64,000 bases of DNA from Planctomycetota bacterium (GCA_016795285.1 JAEUIC010000029.1:133518-197517); one strand, 5' to 3'; positions 28,426-38,030 are shown, numbered from the stretch's first letter. Numbers and translations: made by a program. Notes: generated by a model not told the origin, from the letters alone.

Positions 28426-29259
28426 TCAGTAGCCGCGCTGCCGCTCGCGGGTGCGCGGATCGAAACCGAGCGTGCGCAGGAACGGCAGCACGTCGCCGCC
28501 CGCCGCCTCCGAGAGCGCCGCCACCAGCAGCTCGTTCTGCACATCGAGCTTCCGGCTGCCGTCGAAGGTCGCGCGGCACTCGTCGCGACGCCGCCACAGC
28601 GCGCGCAGCACCTTCGGGAAGTAGCCGGGACCGTGGGCGAGGCGCAGCTGGAGCAGCTCGTAGCTGCGCCAGTCGACCCGATCGAGCGTCGGCAGCCACG
28701 CGTCGGCGCCGCGGCGCTTCCAGAGCTCGATCTCCGACTCGAGCCACGCCATGTCGGAGAGCGACTCGTTGAACCAGTGCGGCAGCGCGGCGCCGAGCTC
28801 GTAGGTGAAGCAGTGCGCCATCTCGTGGGCGTAGTTGTTGGCCGTGTCGAAGATGCCGTCGACCTGCAGGAACATCTCGGGGTCGGGGCCGCTCTTCAGC
28901 GCGAAGCCGAACGGGTAGCCGGCGCCGACGTGGACGATGACGAAGCGCGGCGCGAAGCCGTACCACTCTGCGAGCCAGTCGTACTGCTGCTGCAGCTGCG
29001 CCGCCACGGTCGCGAGCTCGAGCGACGGGTCGGCGTGGTTGAGGACGAGGACGTTGCGTCCGAGGCAGCGGTCGACGATCGGCACGCGGTGCCATTCGGT
29101 GGTCGGGCGCGGATCGACGGGCGCCTCTGCGCGCGGCCCCGTGCAGCCGCACGCGAGCAGCGCAATCCATGCGACCAGCGCGGACGGTGCGAGCCGCGCG
29201 AGCGGCCCCGCCGCGCCGTCAGTCGCCGCCACCGCCCCCGCCACCGTCGCCTCCCGCAT
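28426..29259 (-). CDS. Lipoprotein zinc metallopeptidase-like protein (HEXXH). The start is uncertain (29259-29284).
   Basis: Lipobox-like signal (...LVAWIALLACGC) and HEMAH motif (NNYAHEMAHCFTYELG). The upstream part of the ORF-track call is Arg/Thr/Pro-rich and is rejected. Confidence 0.5.
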   Translation of the reverse strand: MREATVAGAVAATDGAAGPLARLAPSALVAWIALLACGCTGPRAEAPVDPRPTTEWHRVPIVDRCLGRNVLVLNHADPSLELATVAAQLQQQYDWLAEWYGFAPRFVIVHVGAGYPFGFALKSGPDPEMFLQVDGIFDTANNYAHEMAHCFTYELGAALPHWFNESLSDMAWLESEIELWKRRGADAWLPTLDRVDWRSYELLQLRLAHGPGYFPKVLRALWRRRDECRATFDGSRKLDVQNELLVAALSEAAGGDVLPFLRTLGFDPRTRERQRGY

Positions 29260-29632
29260 CGCCGCCGCCATCGAAGCCACCGCCATCGAACCCGCCCGCG
29301 TCGCTGCCACCGGAGTCCGCTTCGGGCAGCGGGTCGTGGACTCCCTCCGCTCCGTGGGACGCCGGGCCGCGGTCGTGCGACGCTTGCGAGCTGCTGGCGC
29401 GGTGGCTCGACGAGTACATCCACAAGAACCACGGGTGGCCATCGTCAGAATGGGGCGTGGCGGAGGCGGCGGGAGCGGGCTCCGACGCACGACGACGCAT
29501 GGGGGCGCGACGCGCCGCGACGTACCGTTCCCTCAGGTAGAACGCGACGCTGAGCAGTCCGACCGCGAGAAGCCACCACTCCATCGGGCTCTCCTCCGGG
29601 CCTTCGACCTCGCGCGCCTCGAGGCCCTCCAC
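29219..29632 (-). CDS. Possible small membrane protein with a Gly/Asp-rich tail (low confidence)
   Basis: N-terminal TM (MEWWLLAVGLLSVAFYL) and C-terminal SGGSDAGGFDGGGFDGGGDAGGDGGGGGGGD. High GC3. It overlaps the 5' region of the HEXXH lipoprotein ORF in another frame, so at most one N-terminal reading is correct. Confidence 0.25.
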   Translation of the reverse strand: MEGLEAREVEGPEESPMEWWLLAVGLLSVAFYLRERYVAARRAPMRRRASEPAPAASATPHSDDGHPWFLWMYSSSHRASSSQASHDRGPASHGAEGVHDPLPEADSGGSDAGGFDGGGFDGGGDAGGDGGGGGGGD

Positions 29633-29702
29633 CGTCGGCGCTCGCTCGGAGTCGCCGCGATGCCGCGCGTCGCCGGACGGGCGCCGGCGAGCCGCGCATG
29701 CG

Positions 29703-30380
29703 TCACGGCTTGCGCCACTCGAGCGTCACGTCGTCGAGGCGCACCTCGTCCTTGCTGCCCTCGGTCGCGACGAGCAGCCGCAGCCGGATCCCCTTCGCGG
29801 GCGCGAGCGGCTGCGGATCGACGAAGACCGGGCCGAGCGTGCCATCGAGGAACATCTGCAGCTGCCCCTTCGCGGCGCGCATCTCGAAGGTGAACCAGCG
29901 GCCGGGGAAGGTCCACATGCGCGGGTCGATCGCGACGAAGCCGTCCTGCCGCAGCAGGCAGCACTTCACGCCATCGAGCGCGCTGTGGTAGCGGCCGAGG
30001 AAGGCGAAGGTGTAGAGCTCGGCGCCGGTCGTCGCGTCCTCGACCTTGAGCTCGAAGTTCGCCTTCTCCGCGCTCATCCCCTTGCAGGTGAAGCGGAAGT
30101 CGCTGCTGATCGGTCCCGCGAAGGTGAGCGCGCCGTCGCCGCTGAACCGCAGCTCGCCATCGATCACCTTGCCCGACTTGGTGGCGACCACCCAACCGTC
30201 GGGCAGCTTCTCCTTCGCGAAGTCGAGCGTGGTCGACTCCGGCAGCGCCGCGAGCGGTGCCGCGAGCAGTGGTGCCGCGAGCGGTGGTGCAGCGAGCGAC
30301 GTCGCGGCGAGCGGCGACCGCGGCGCGAGCGCGGCGAACGCGAGCGGAGCGCCGAGCAGCAGGGCGAACCGACGAGCCAT
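29703..30380 (-). CDS. Secreted protein with a possible LamG/DUF1080-like jelly-roll domain
   Basis: Signal peptide (MARRFALLLGAPLAFAALAP). 225 aa. Beta-rich composition (RFSGDGALTFAGPISSDFRFTCKG...FELKVED...). The ORF-track upstream extension to 31082 is rejected. Confidence 0.55.
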   Translation of the reverse strand: MARRFALLLGAPLAFAALAPRSPLAATSLAAPPLAAPLLAAPLAALPESTTLDFAKEKLPDGWVVATKSGKVIDGELRFSGDGALTFAGPISSDFRFTCKGMSAEKANFELKVEDATTGAELYTFAFLGRYHSALDGVKCCLLRQDGFVAIDPRMWTFPGRWFTFEMRAAKGQLQMFLDGTLGPVFVDPQPLAPAKGIRLRLLVATEGSKDEVRLDDVTLEWRKP

Positions 30381-30505
30381 CGCGAACTCCTCCGAGGTCT
30401 TCTCGCCGTTTCGACCGCCCTGCCAAGCGGCGGTTCCGGATGCGACGCCGCGCCGCGCTGCACTGCTCTGCGTCGCGCTGCTCTGCGCCGCGCCGCCTTG
30501 TGCTC

Positions 30506-31342
30506 TCAGCCCTCTTCCTCGTTCACCGCCGAGTCGTTGATGTTCGTCACCGCCCACGCCTCGGCGATCTGGTCGAGCGTGTTCTCGCGGAAGATCAGGA
30601 ACGGCACGCGCGGGATGCGGCGGATCTCCTCCTTGCCGCGGCTGTCGCGCACGACGACGTGGCCGGCGCCGAGCAGCAGCAGCTCGAAGACGTCGGGGTA
30701 CTCGACCGAGAGGCGCTTCGCGCCGCGCGTGATGGCGTCCTCCATGTCGCCGCGGCGGAAGAGGTGCAGCTCGTTGTGGGTGATGCGCCAGCGGTGGTTG
30801 AGGAAGACGTTGATCAGCACGCCGACCAGCCCGACGCCGACCAGCACGCTCATCGCGTGCATGAAGCCCGGCTCGATGCGCGCGTCGAGGCCGGCCAGCA
30901 GGTTCTTCAGCTGGCTCAACACGGGGATCTCGAACGCCTCGTTCAGGTAGAGGCCGCCGACCCAACAGAGCGCCACGAAGAGGAGCCAGCCGATGGCGAG
31001 GTTGCGGCGCACGTCGAAGCCGACCGCGACGAAGCTGGTCATCAAGATCGTGATGTAGACCCAGGTGAGGTTCACCTGCCATTCGGGCTGCCAGTGGAGC
31101 AGCGCAGCGCAGAGCTCGCCGCCGACCACGAGCGGCCAGAAGAGCGTGAAGAGCGGGTAGCTGCCGAACCGCAGCTCGTTGACGCGCGGCGCCATGGTCG
31201 GGCGCGGCGCGGCCGCGGCCTTCGCAGCGGCCGGGGCTGCCGCTGCTGCAGCGGTCGGAGCCGACGCGGCGGCGCTCGAGGTCGAGGCGGAGGACGAGGT
31301 GGGCGGCGGCGGTGCGCCGGCGGACGGGGCAGGATCAGCCAT
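30506..31342 (-). CDS. Integral membrane protein of unknown function, with an Ala/Pro-rich N-terminal tract (start may be at 31195, MAPRVNEL)
   Basis: Four or five hydrophobic helices (FTLFWPLVVGGELCAALL, VYITILMTSFVAVGF, IGWLLFVALCWVGGLYL, VLVGVGLVGVLINVFL). High GC3. Confidence 0.55.
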   Translation of the reverse strand: MADPAPSAGAPPPPTSSSASTSSAAASAPTAAAAAAPAAAKAAAAPRPTMAPRVNELRFGSYPLFTLFWPLVVGGELCAALLHWQPEWQVNLTWVYITILMTSFVAVGFDVRRNLAIGWLLFVALCWVGGLYLNEAFEIPVLSQLKNLLAGLDARIEPGFMHAMSVLVGVGLVGVLINVFLNHRWRITHNELHLFRRGDMEDAITRGAKRLSVEYPDVFELLLLGAGHVVVRDSRGKEEIRRIPRVPFLIFRENTLDQIAEAWAVTNINDSAVNEEEG

Positions 31343-31463
31343 GGTTCCCTACCTCATTGCGAGAGAGCGGTCGTGTGGAGGAGCGGAGTCGGATGCGGTG
31401 CGGTGCGGTGCGGCGCGGCAAACGCGGCCCGAGCCGCGACTACGCCAGCGCCGCGCGCGCCGT

Positions 31464-32348
31464 TCAGGGGCGGTCGTACTCGCCGAGCGGCCGCAGCCAG
31501 AGGTTGCGGTAGCGGACCGGGTTGCCGTGGTCCTGCAGGCGGATCGGCAGGCGATCGGCGTGCGCCTCGTAGCGCGCCAGCTCGCGGTGCGCGGTGGCCC
31601 CGAGCAGCTCCTGCCCGTGGTGGACGACGACGCCGTTGTGGAGCACGGTGACGCGCGCCGGCTTCACCAGCTTCGCGCCGTCGAAGCGCGGCGCCTCGAA
31701 GACGATGTCGTAGCTCTGCCACTCGCCGGGCGCGCGGCAGGCGTTCACCAGCGGCGGCTTCTGGCCGTAGAGCGCCGCCGCCTGCCCATCGGGATAGGTC
31801 GCGTTCTGGAAGCAGTCGAGGACCTGCACCTCGTAGCGCTGCATGAAGTAGATGCCGCTGTTGCCGCGCCCCTGCGAATCGCCGCTGGCCGGCAGCGGTG
31901 CGCACCACTCGACGTGGAGCTGGCAGTCGCCGAACGACTCGCGCGTCTCGATGTCGCCGGTGCCGTTCACCTCGACGTAGCCGTCGCCGACCTTCCAGCG
32001 CGCCTCGCCGCCGCCGCTGGTCCACTTCGCGAGGTCCTTGCCGTCGAAGAGGACGATCGCGTCGGAGGGTGCGCGGCCGGGCTGCGCGGGCGTGCTGGCG
32101 CTGCCGGGCGTCACCACGCGCGGCTGCGGCCGCCGCGAGTCGTGCACGCACCACTTGCCGTCGGGGAGCAGCGGCGTGTCGGTGTAGCCGGGCGCTTGCT
32201 GCTCCTGCGGCGGCTGCGGAGCGGCGCGGGCAGCGGCGGCGGCGAACGAGGCCGCGCCGATCGCGCCGAGGGTGCCGATCGAGGCGGCCACGGCGAGACA
32301 GCGGAGGCCGAGCCGAAGGCGGCGCGGCGGACGATCGAGACGGGCCAT
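31464..32348 (-). CDS. Secreted DUF1080-domain protein (3-keto-disaccharide hydrolase-like)
   Basis: Signal (MARLDRPPRRLRLGLRCLAVAAS...). Motifs GNSGIYF, YEVQVLD and IRLQDHGNPVRYRNLWLRPL are characteristic of DUF1080. Confidence 0.75.
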   Translation of the reverse strand: MARLDRPPRRLRLGLRCLAVAASIGTLGAIGAASFAAAAARAAPQPPQEQQAPGYTDTPLLPDGKWCVHDSRRPQPRVVTPGSASTPAQPGRAPSDAIVLFDGKDLAKWTSGGGEARWKVGDGYVEVNGTGDIETRESFGDCQLHVEWCAPLPASGDSQGRGNSGIYFMQRYEVQVLDCFQNATYPDGQAAALYGQKPPLVNACRAPGEWQSYDIVFEAPRFDGAKLVKPARVTVLHNGVVVHHGQELLGATAHRELARYEAHADRLPIRLQDHGNPVRYRNLWLRPLGEYDRP

Positions 32349-32538
32349 CGAGGTCTCCCATGCGCCGAGCGAGTCGCGCTCGCGGAACGGCGCGCGCGAG
32401 CGCTTGCCGGCGAGTGCCGTCGCTTGTCGATGCAGCGAAGCGGCACCATACTCTGCGGCCACTCGACACGGACATCGCGACGGTCGGCGATCCGCCGCGA
32501 AGGCGAAGGGGAGCTGCGAGGCTCCGGGGAGGCAGGGC

Positions 32539-32793
32539 GTGCCCGACTACAGCGCGTACCAGAAGGGCGTGATCAAGCGCTACTACGAGCACCGCGACAC
32601 GATCGCGGTGCACAAGCTCGCGGAGATCCTCTCCGACCTCTGGCTCGAGAAGAGCAAGGCGAAGGTGACGACGCTCTGGGAGTCGGCTTACAAAGAGCTG
32701 CAGAAGGCCGGCGTCCCGATCAACAAGGCGTGCGTCATCGTCGAGGACCGCGACCTCGAGGCGTTCGGGAAGCTGGTCGCCGAACTGTCCTGA
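32539..32793 (+). CDS. Small conserved hypothetical protein (84 aa)
   Basis: GTG start preceded by GGGGAGG 7 nt upstream. Varied composition (VPDYSAYQKGVIKRYYEHRDTIAVHKLAEILSDLWLEKSKAKVTTLWESAYKELQKAGVPINKACVIVEDRDLEAFGKLVAELS). High GC3. Confidence 0.5.
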   Translation: MPDYSAYQKGVIKRYYEHRDTIAVHKLAEILSDLWLEKSKAKVTTLWESAYKELQKAGVPINKACVIVEDRDLEAFGKLVAELS

Positions 32794-32814
32794 GCCGCTC
32801 GCCGCGGGAGGGTG

Positions 32815-32860
32815 CGGGTGCCGGCGGCGGAACGCTCCCGGATCGGGACGCCGCGATCCT
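32815..32860 (-). repeat. REP-like element, inverted copy
   Basis: Forward strand reads GGTGCGGGTGCCGGCGGCGGAACGCTCCCGGATCGGG. Confidence 0.75.
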
Positions 32861-32882
32861 CTTGAAATGACGCGGAGCCGGC

Positions 32883-32912
32883 GCGTTGGCACCGGCTCCG
32901 CATCGTGATCTC
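32883..32912 (+). terminator. Hairpin (GCGGAGCCGG-cgcgttggca-CCGGCTCCGC) between convergent genes
   Basis: Perfect 10-bp stem read directly. Confidence 0.4.
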
Positions 32913-32963
32913 GATCACGCGCCGTTCTTCGGTGGGCACCGACGGCGGCGCGAGGATCTCTCG

Positions 32964-33917
32964 TCAGCCCGCGAGCTTGGCAGCGGCCTCCTTCGGCACT
33001 TCGATCGTCGTCGCGCCGAACGCCTTCAGCGTGTAGCTCTGCTTGCGCTTCGAGTCACCGCGCGCCGTCGTCATGGTGGTCTCGATCACGATCTGCGTCG
33101 GCATGCCCGCCGCATCGAAGGTGATCGACGCCGTGCCGCTCGCGGTGATCTCGCCGCCGGCGCCACCGCCAGCACCGCCGCCCGCGCCGCCGAACCCGCC
33201 GCCGCCCGCGAACATCTCCTTGATGCGCTTCGCACCGGAGAACTCGTCGGCCGCTTCCTGGCTCAGCGCACCGCTGATGGTGCAGGCGCCGTTCGCCTCG
33301 CTGCAGGTGAGGTCCTTCAGCTTGCCGTGCATCCCGGTCAGCAGCTCGTGCGGCAGCGCCACGCTCGCGAGGCCCATCACCGCGAAGCGCTCGCGCATGT
33401 CGCCGCCGCCGCCGCCCGGACCGCCGCCGGGCGGACCGCCCGCGCCACCGGCCGGAGGACCACCCGCGCCGCCGCCCGCCTCACCGCCGCCGCGCCGGCC
33501 ACCGCCCGCGCCGCCGCCGAACTCGGGCGCCGTGTAGAGCTCCCACGCGTCGCCCTTCTTGTAGACCATCTTCGTGTCGCGTCGGTAGGCGAGCGACTCG
33601 CCGCGCGTCAGCTCGACGCCCTTGCCGATCTCGACCTTGCCGACGGTGGGCGTCGGAGCCGGCGGCGCGCCGCCGGCATCGCCACCACCACCGCCCTCGC
33701 CGCCGCCGCGCCGTCCGCCGCGACCGCCGCGCCCGCCCATCCCGGCGCCGTCATCGAGCGCCTCGAACGTGTAGCTCTTCAGCTCCGACAGCTTGGCGAG
33801 CTTCTCCTTCAGCATCGCCGCGGCATCACCAGTGGCGGCCGCCGGCGGCGGAGCGAGCGTCGCGCCCTGGTTGGCATCGCCGAGCAGCAACGCCGAGAAA
33901 CAGAGGCTCATCAACAT
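32964..33917 (-). CDS. Secreted glycine-rich protein of unknown function
   Basis: Signal peptide at MLMSLCFSALLLGDANQGA. Several poly-Gly/Arg/Pro tracts (GGRGGRGGRRGGGEGGGGG..., GGGPGGGGGD) alternate with ordinary sequence. The ORF-track N-terminal extension to 34241 is rejected. Confidence 0.5.
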   Translation of the reverse strand: MLMSLCFSALLLGDANQGATLAPPPAAATGDAAAMLKEKLAKLSELKSYTFEALDDGAGMGGRGGRGGRRGGGEGGGGGDAGGAPPAPTPTVGKVEIGKGVELTRGESLAYRRDTKMVYKKGDAWELYTAPEFGGGAGGGRRGGGEAGGGAGGPPAGGAGGPPGGGPGGGGGDMRERFAVMGLASVALPHELLTGMHGKLKDLTCSEANGACTISGALSQEAADEFSGAKRIKEMFAGGGGFGGAGGGAGGGAGGEITASGTASITFDAAGMPTQIVIETTMTTARGDSKRKQSYTLKAFGATTIEVPKEAAAKLAG

Positions 33918-34227
33918 CGTTCGTCCCTCATCGACCCGCGACGACCGGAGCTGCGCCAGCTCCGCCTGCGGCCGCGACTCGATGGTCGCGCGCACGCGGG
34001 CGCCGCGATGCGGGGTGGCAGCGGCGCCTCCTTCAATGCCGTCTTGTACGCCGTGCGTTTCGATCGAGTAGCGCGCGGGCCCTGTCATTCTGGCGACATC
34101 TTGCGATGGCGCGGTTCCGCGCGCGGCGACGCGTCCGCGCGCTCGTGCGCCGGCGCGCCGCATCGCCACCGGCGCCGCCGCTCGCCACCATTGACCGCCC
34201 CGCACGCCGCGGTGAATCTGCGCCGCG

Positions 34228-34902
34228 ATGCGACTCCTCATCGTCGAAGACTCCGACGCACTGCGCGACGCGCTCCGCTCCGGCCTCGAAGGGCTCGGCT
34301 ACGTGGTCGACGTGGCGGCGCGCGGCGACGACGGCCTGCAGCGCGCGATGGCGGGCGGCTACGACCTCGCGATCGTCGACGTGATGCTGCCGGGACTCGA
34401 CGGCTTCGCGCTGGTGCGGCAGCTGCGCGCCGGCGGCCACGACGTGCCGGTGCTGATGCTCACCGCGCGCGACACGGTCGCCGATCGGGTGCGCGGCCTC
34501 GACCTCGGCGCCGACGACTACCTCGTCAAGCCGTTCGCGGTCGAGGAGCTGCTGGCGCGCGTGCGCTCGCTGGTGCGGCGCGGCAAGGCGGCGCCGACGC
34601 CGCTGGTGAAGATCGAGGACGTGACGATCGACTCGGTGAGCCACGTGGTGCTGCGCGCCGGCCGGCCGATCGACCTGTCGCCGCGCGAGTACGCGCTGCT
34701 CGAGTACCTCGCGTTGCGCGCCGGCACGGTGGTGACGCGCGACGAGCTCGAGCGCCACCTCTTCGAGCAGCCGCCGGCCGACGGCAGCAACGCGGTCGAC
34801 GTGCTGGTCGGGCGGCTCCGTCGCAAGCTCTGCCCGCGCGGCACGCAGGAGCTGATCTACACGCGGCGCGGCCACGGCTACCTGATGGCGGCACCTCCAT
34901 GA
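34228..34902 (+). CDS. OmpR-family two-component response regulator
   Basis: Receiver domain (LLIVEDSDALRD...DLAIVDVMLPGLDG...LMLTARD) plus winged-helix DNA-binding domain (LSPREYALLEYLA...YTRRGHGY). Confidence 0.9.
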   Translation: MRLLIVEDSDALRDALRSGLEGLGYVVDVAARGDDGLQRAMAGGYDLAIVDVMLPGLDGFALVRQLRAGGHDVPVLMLTARDTVADRVRGLDLGADDYLVKPFAVEELLARVRSLVRRGKAAPTPLVKIEDVTIDSVSHVVLRAGRPIDLSPREYALLEYLALRAGTVVTRDELERHLFEQPPADGSNAVDVLVGRLRRKLCPRGTQELIYTRRGHGYLMAAPP

Positions 34903-36623
34903 GGTCGATCCGCACCCGCATCACGCTCGCCGTCGTCGGCTGCACGGCGCTCACCGTCGCCATCGCGGCGACGGTCGTCGCGCTGGCCGGCCGCAAGATG
35001 CTCTTCGACGCGCTCGACGAGCGGCTCCTGTCGCGCGCCCGCTGGTTCAGCGTGGTGCCGCGCTTCCCCGAGCCGCCCCGCGAGAGCGCCGAGGTGATCG
35101 CCGCGCGCGAGGCGGCCGCACGCGAGACGGCCGCGAACGGCGGCGCGAGCGGCGCCTCCCCCGCCGCCGGCGAAGCGAGCGGCGAGCGCGGCACCGAGCG
35201 CGGCGCAGCGACCCCGCCGAGCGGCGGCGGCGAGCGCGACGGACGCGGCGAGCGCGAGGGCCGCAGCGACCGCGACGGGCGCGACGGCCGCGACTCGCGC
35301 GGCCCCGGCCCGATCCCGTTCACCCGCAGCGACAGCCCCTCGACGCCGCAGTTCTGGGCGCTCGTCTGCGATGCGGACGACCACGCCGAGATCAGCCGCT
35401 ACGGCGATCTGCCCGACGGCCTGTCGCTCGCGACGCTCGGCGTGAAGCCGGGCGATCCGCCGAGCGACGTGAGGCTCGAGGATGGCCGGCGACTGCGCGT
35501 GGTCGCGTTGGCGAACCACTGGGTCTGGCGCGGCCGCGGGCGCGGCAACGACGGCCCGCCGTCGGCGCCCGGCGCCGCGCCGGGTGCCACCTCCGGCGCT
35601 GCCCCCGGCGAGCCGCCGCGCGACGAGCGCCACGCCGCGACCACCTGGCTCGCGCTCGAGGCGACCGACGTGCACGGCGAAGCGCGCCGGCTGGTCGGGA
35701 TGCTCGCCGCCGCCTGGGGCGCGGCGACGCTGCTGGCGTGGCTCGCGTCGTGGGGCGTGGCGCGGGCGGTGCTGAAGCCGGTGGCCGGGATGTCGCAGAC
35801 CATCGCGGCGCTCTCGCCCGAGAACCTCGCGGCGCGCGTGCCGATGGAAGAGGTGCCGGCCGAGCTCTCCGCGGTCGGCACGCGCTTGAACGCGCTGCTG
35901 CAGCGGGTGCAGTCGGCCTTCGAGCGCGAACGCGCGACCATCGCCAACATGGCGCACGAGCTGCGCACGCCGATCTCGGCGCTGCGGACCGAGCTCGAGT
36001 TCGCGCAGTTCCGCGCCGACGCGCGCCCCGCCGACAAGCGGACCATCGAGTCGAGCCTCGCGCTGGCGCTGCGCATGCAGGCGCTGGTGAACGCGCTGCT
36101 GACGATGTCGCGCATCGAGTCGGGCCAGGAGGTGCTGGCGCGCAGCGAGGTCGACGTGGCGCGCACGCTGCGCGACGCGTGGAGCACGGTGGCGGCGCGC
36201 GCGCAGGAGCGCGGCCTCACCTGGCGCTACCGCGGGCCCGAGTCGCTGCCCTTCTTCGCGAGCGCCGACCACCTCCACATGGTCGCGGCCAACCTGCTCG
36301 ACAACGCGGTCTCGCACGGCGCCGTCGCGAGCGGCGGTGGCGGCGAGGTCGAGGTGACGCTCGAACGCCACTCCGACGGCGCGAACGGCGCCGCGGGCGG
36401 GATCACCTTCACCATCGCCAACCGCTGCGAATCGGGCGCCAGCAGCCCCGGCAACCTCTTCGAGCCCTTCTGGCGCAGCGATCCGGCGCGCAGCGACGCG
36501 CGCCACTTCGGCCTCGGCCTCGCGCTGTGCGATCGCGTCGTGCGGCTGCTCGGCGGCACCATCGCGGCCGCGCAAGAGGATCGCCTCTTCCGCGTCCGCG
36601 TCACGCTGCCGGCGACGGCCTGA
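34899..36623 (+). CDS. Sensor histidine kinase, translationally coupled to the response regulator (ATGA overlap)
   Basis: N-terminal TM, low-complexity Gly/Arg/Glu/Asp periplasmic region, second TM, H-box (IANMAHELRTPISAL), HATPase N/G boxes (NLLDNAVSHG ... GLGLALC). The ORF-track start at 32886 is rejected. Confidence 0.85.
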   Translation: MRSIRTRITLAVVGCTALTVAIAATVVALAGRKMLFDALDERLLSRARWFSVVPRFPEPPRESAEVIAAREAAARETAANGGASGASPAAGEASGERGTERGAATPPSGGGERDGRGEREGRSDRDGRDGRDSRGPGPIPFTRSDSPSTPQFWALVCDADDHAEISRYGDLPDGLSLATLGVKPGDPPSDVRLEDGRRLRVVALANHWVWRGRGRGNDGPPSAPGAAPGATSGAAPGEPPRDERHAATTWLALEATDVHGEARRLVGMLAAAWGAATLLAWLASWGVARAVLKPVAGMSQTIAALSPENLAARVPMEEVPAELSAVGTRLNALLQRVQSAFERERATIANMAHELRTPISALRTELEFAQFRADARPADKRTIESSLALALRMQALVNALLTMSRIESGQEVLARSEVDVARTLRDAWSTVAARAQERGLTWRYRGPESLPFFASADHLHMVAANLLDNAVSHGAVASGGGGEVEVTLERHSDGANGAAGGITFTIANRCESGASSPGNLFEPFWRSDPARSDARHFGLGLALCDRVVRLLGGTIAAAQEDRLFRVRVTLPATA

Positions 36624-36653
36624 GGCACGGCGCCGCAGCGAGCCGCGGGACGC

Positions 36654-38030
36654 TCAACCGCCCTTCTTCGTGGCCTGCTCCGCGGCCCACGCGGCGATCA
36701 GCTCCGCCTCCTTCTCCGGTGGCAGGCCGGTGCGCAGCAGCGCGGGATCGGGGAGCTGCGGCGCCGGCTGCCCCTTCGCCTTGGCGTCCTCGACCATCTG
36801 CGCGCCGACGCGGCGGCGCCGCTCGACCTCGGTCGGCCACCAGGCGAGGATCGCCTTCAGCGTGTCGTCGAGCGCGCGGAAGCGCAGGCCCGCCTTCTCC
36901 GCGCGGTCGTTGCTCCAGGTGTGGAAGCCGATGTCGTTGCCGACCGGCGCCGACCAGATCGGGAAGGTCCCCGGCGGGATCCCCGCCTTCTCGAGGAAGT
37001 CGGCCGGGATCCACTTGGCGTCGCACGACCCCTTCGGCGCCAGCTGGATGCAGCCGGCGACGACGTCGCCGAAGCGCGCCACGTCGGCCGGCCCGCACGC
37101 GTTGAAGACGCCGGCCGTCGCGTTCTCCACCAGCCCGACCAGGAACTCGGCGAGGTCGCGCACGTCGATCCACTGCATCGGATCGCTCGGCGAGCCCGGC
37201 AGCGCGATGGCGCCGCCCTTCGCGATGCGCACCGGCCAGTAGGTGAAGCGGTCGGTGGGGTCGCCCGGCCCGACGATGTAGCCCGGACGGACCACGGCGC
37301 ACTTGCCGGGGAACGCCGCCTGCGCCACCCGTTCGCACACCGCCTTCAGGCCGCCGTAGAACTCGCCGCCCTGCCCCATCGTCTCGACCGTCTCGTCGGC
37401 GAGCGTCGCCAGCGGTCGATCCTCGTCGCCGTTCACCACGCTGTTGTCGGCGTAGGCGGAGATGCTCGAGATGAAGATGTAGTGGCCGGCGTTTTTCGCC
37501 AGCAGGTCGGCCGACGCCTTCACCATGCGCGGGTAGTAGCCCGAGTTGTCGATGACCGCGTCCCACGTCTTGCCGACCAGCTGCTCGAGCCCCTTCGGCG
37601 AGGCATCGGGGTTCAGCAGCTTGCCGTCGGCGCCGCGCGCATCGTCGGCCGGCAGGTTCGGATCGCGATTGCCATAGAGGTGGGTCACCCCTTCGAAGCC
37701 GAACGGGATGCGCTTCTCGGTGCGGCCGCGGTTGAAGACGGTCACCTCGTGGCCGCGCGCCAGCGCCACCTCGACCGTCTTCGGGCCGATGAAGCCGGTG
37801 CCGCCGAGGATCAGGATCCGCTTCTTCGCCGCCGCGCGACCGCGGACGAGCCCGCCGGCCGTGGCCGCGAAGAGCGGCGCCCCGGTGCTCCCGCTGGCGA
37901 GCCCGCCGAGCGCGAGCGCCGCCGAACCCGCGAGCGCCTGCCCGAGGAAGCGGCGCCGCGAGGGGCGCGCAGGCGACGGCGAGGACGGCGACGCGGAGTG
38001 GGATGCGGCGGCGAGCTTGCGAGTGGTCAC
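36654..38030 (-). CDS. Tat-exported NAD(P)-dependent epimerase/dehydratase-family (SDR-like) protein
   Basis: Twin-arginine signal (SRRRFLGQALAGSAALALG). Rossmann motif ILILGGTGFIGP. Confidence 0.8.
   Translation of the reverse strand: MTTRKLAAASHSASPSSPSPARPSRRRFLGQALAGSAALALGGLASGSTGAPLFAATAGGLVRGRAAAKKRILILGGTGFIGPKTVEVALARGHEVTVFNRGRTEKRIPFGFEGVTHLYGNRDPNLPADDARGADGKLLNPDASPKGLEQLVGKTWDAVIDNSGYYPRMVKASADLLAKNAGHYIFISSISAYADNSVVNGDEDRPLATLADETVETMGQGGEFYGGLKAVCERVAQAAFPGKCAVVRPGYIVGPGDPTDRFTYWPVRIAKGGAIALPGSPSDPMQWIDVRDLAEFLVGLVENATAGVFNACGPADVARFGDVVAGCIQLAPKGSCDAKWIPADFLEKAGIPPGTFPIWSAPVGNDIGFHTWSNDRAEKAGLRFRALDDTLKAILAWWPTEVERRRRVGAQMVEDAKAKGQPAPQLPDPALLRTGLPPEKEAELIAAWAAEQATKKGG

Noticed and set aside
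28352-29170. Extension of the NCS1 transporter ORF to 758 aa, and of the secreted DUF1080-like gene to 459 aa (29703..31082)
   Set aside because: The extensions are Arg-rich and non-hydrophobic, and overlap better-supported genes. Internal Met codons immediately precede signal or TM sequences.
32886-34898. ORF-track start of the histidine kinase at 32886 (1245 aa)
   Set aside because: The upstream part runs antisense through the Gly-rich protein gene and through the response regulator in another frame. The real start is the ATG at 34899, which overlaps the regulator's stop codon.
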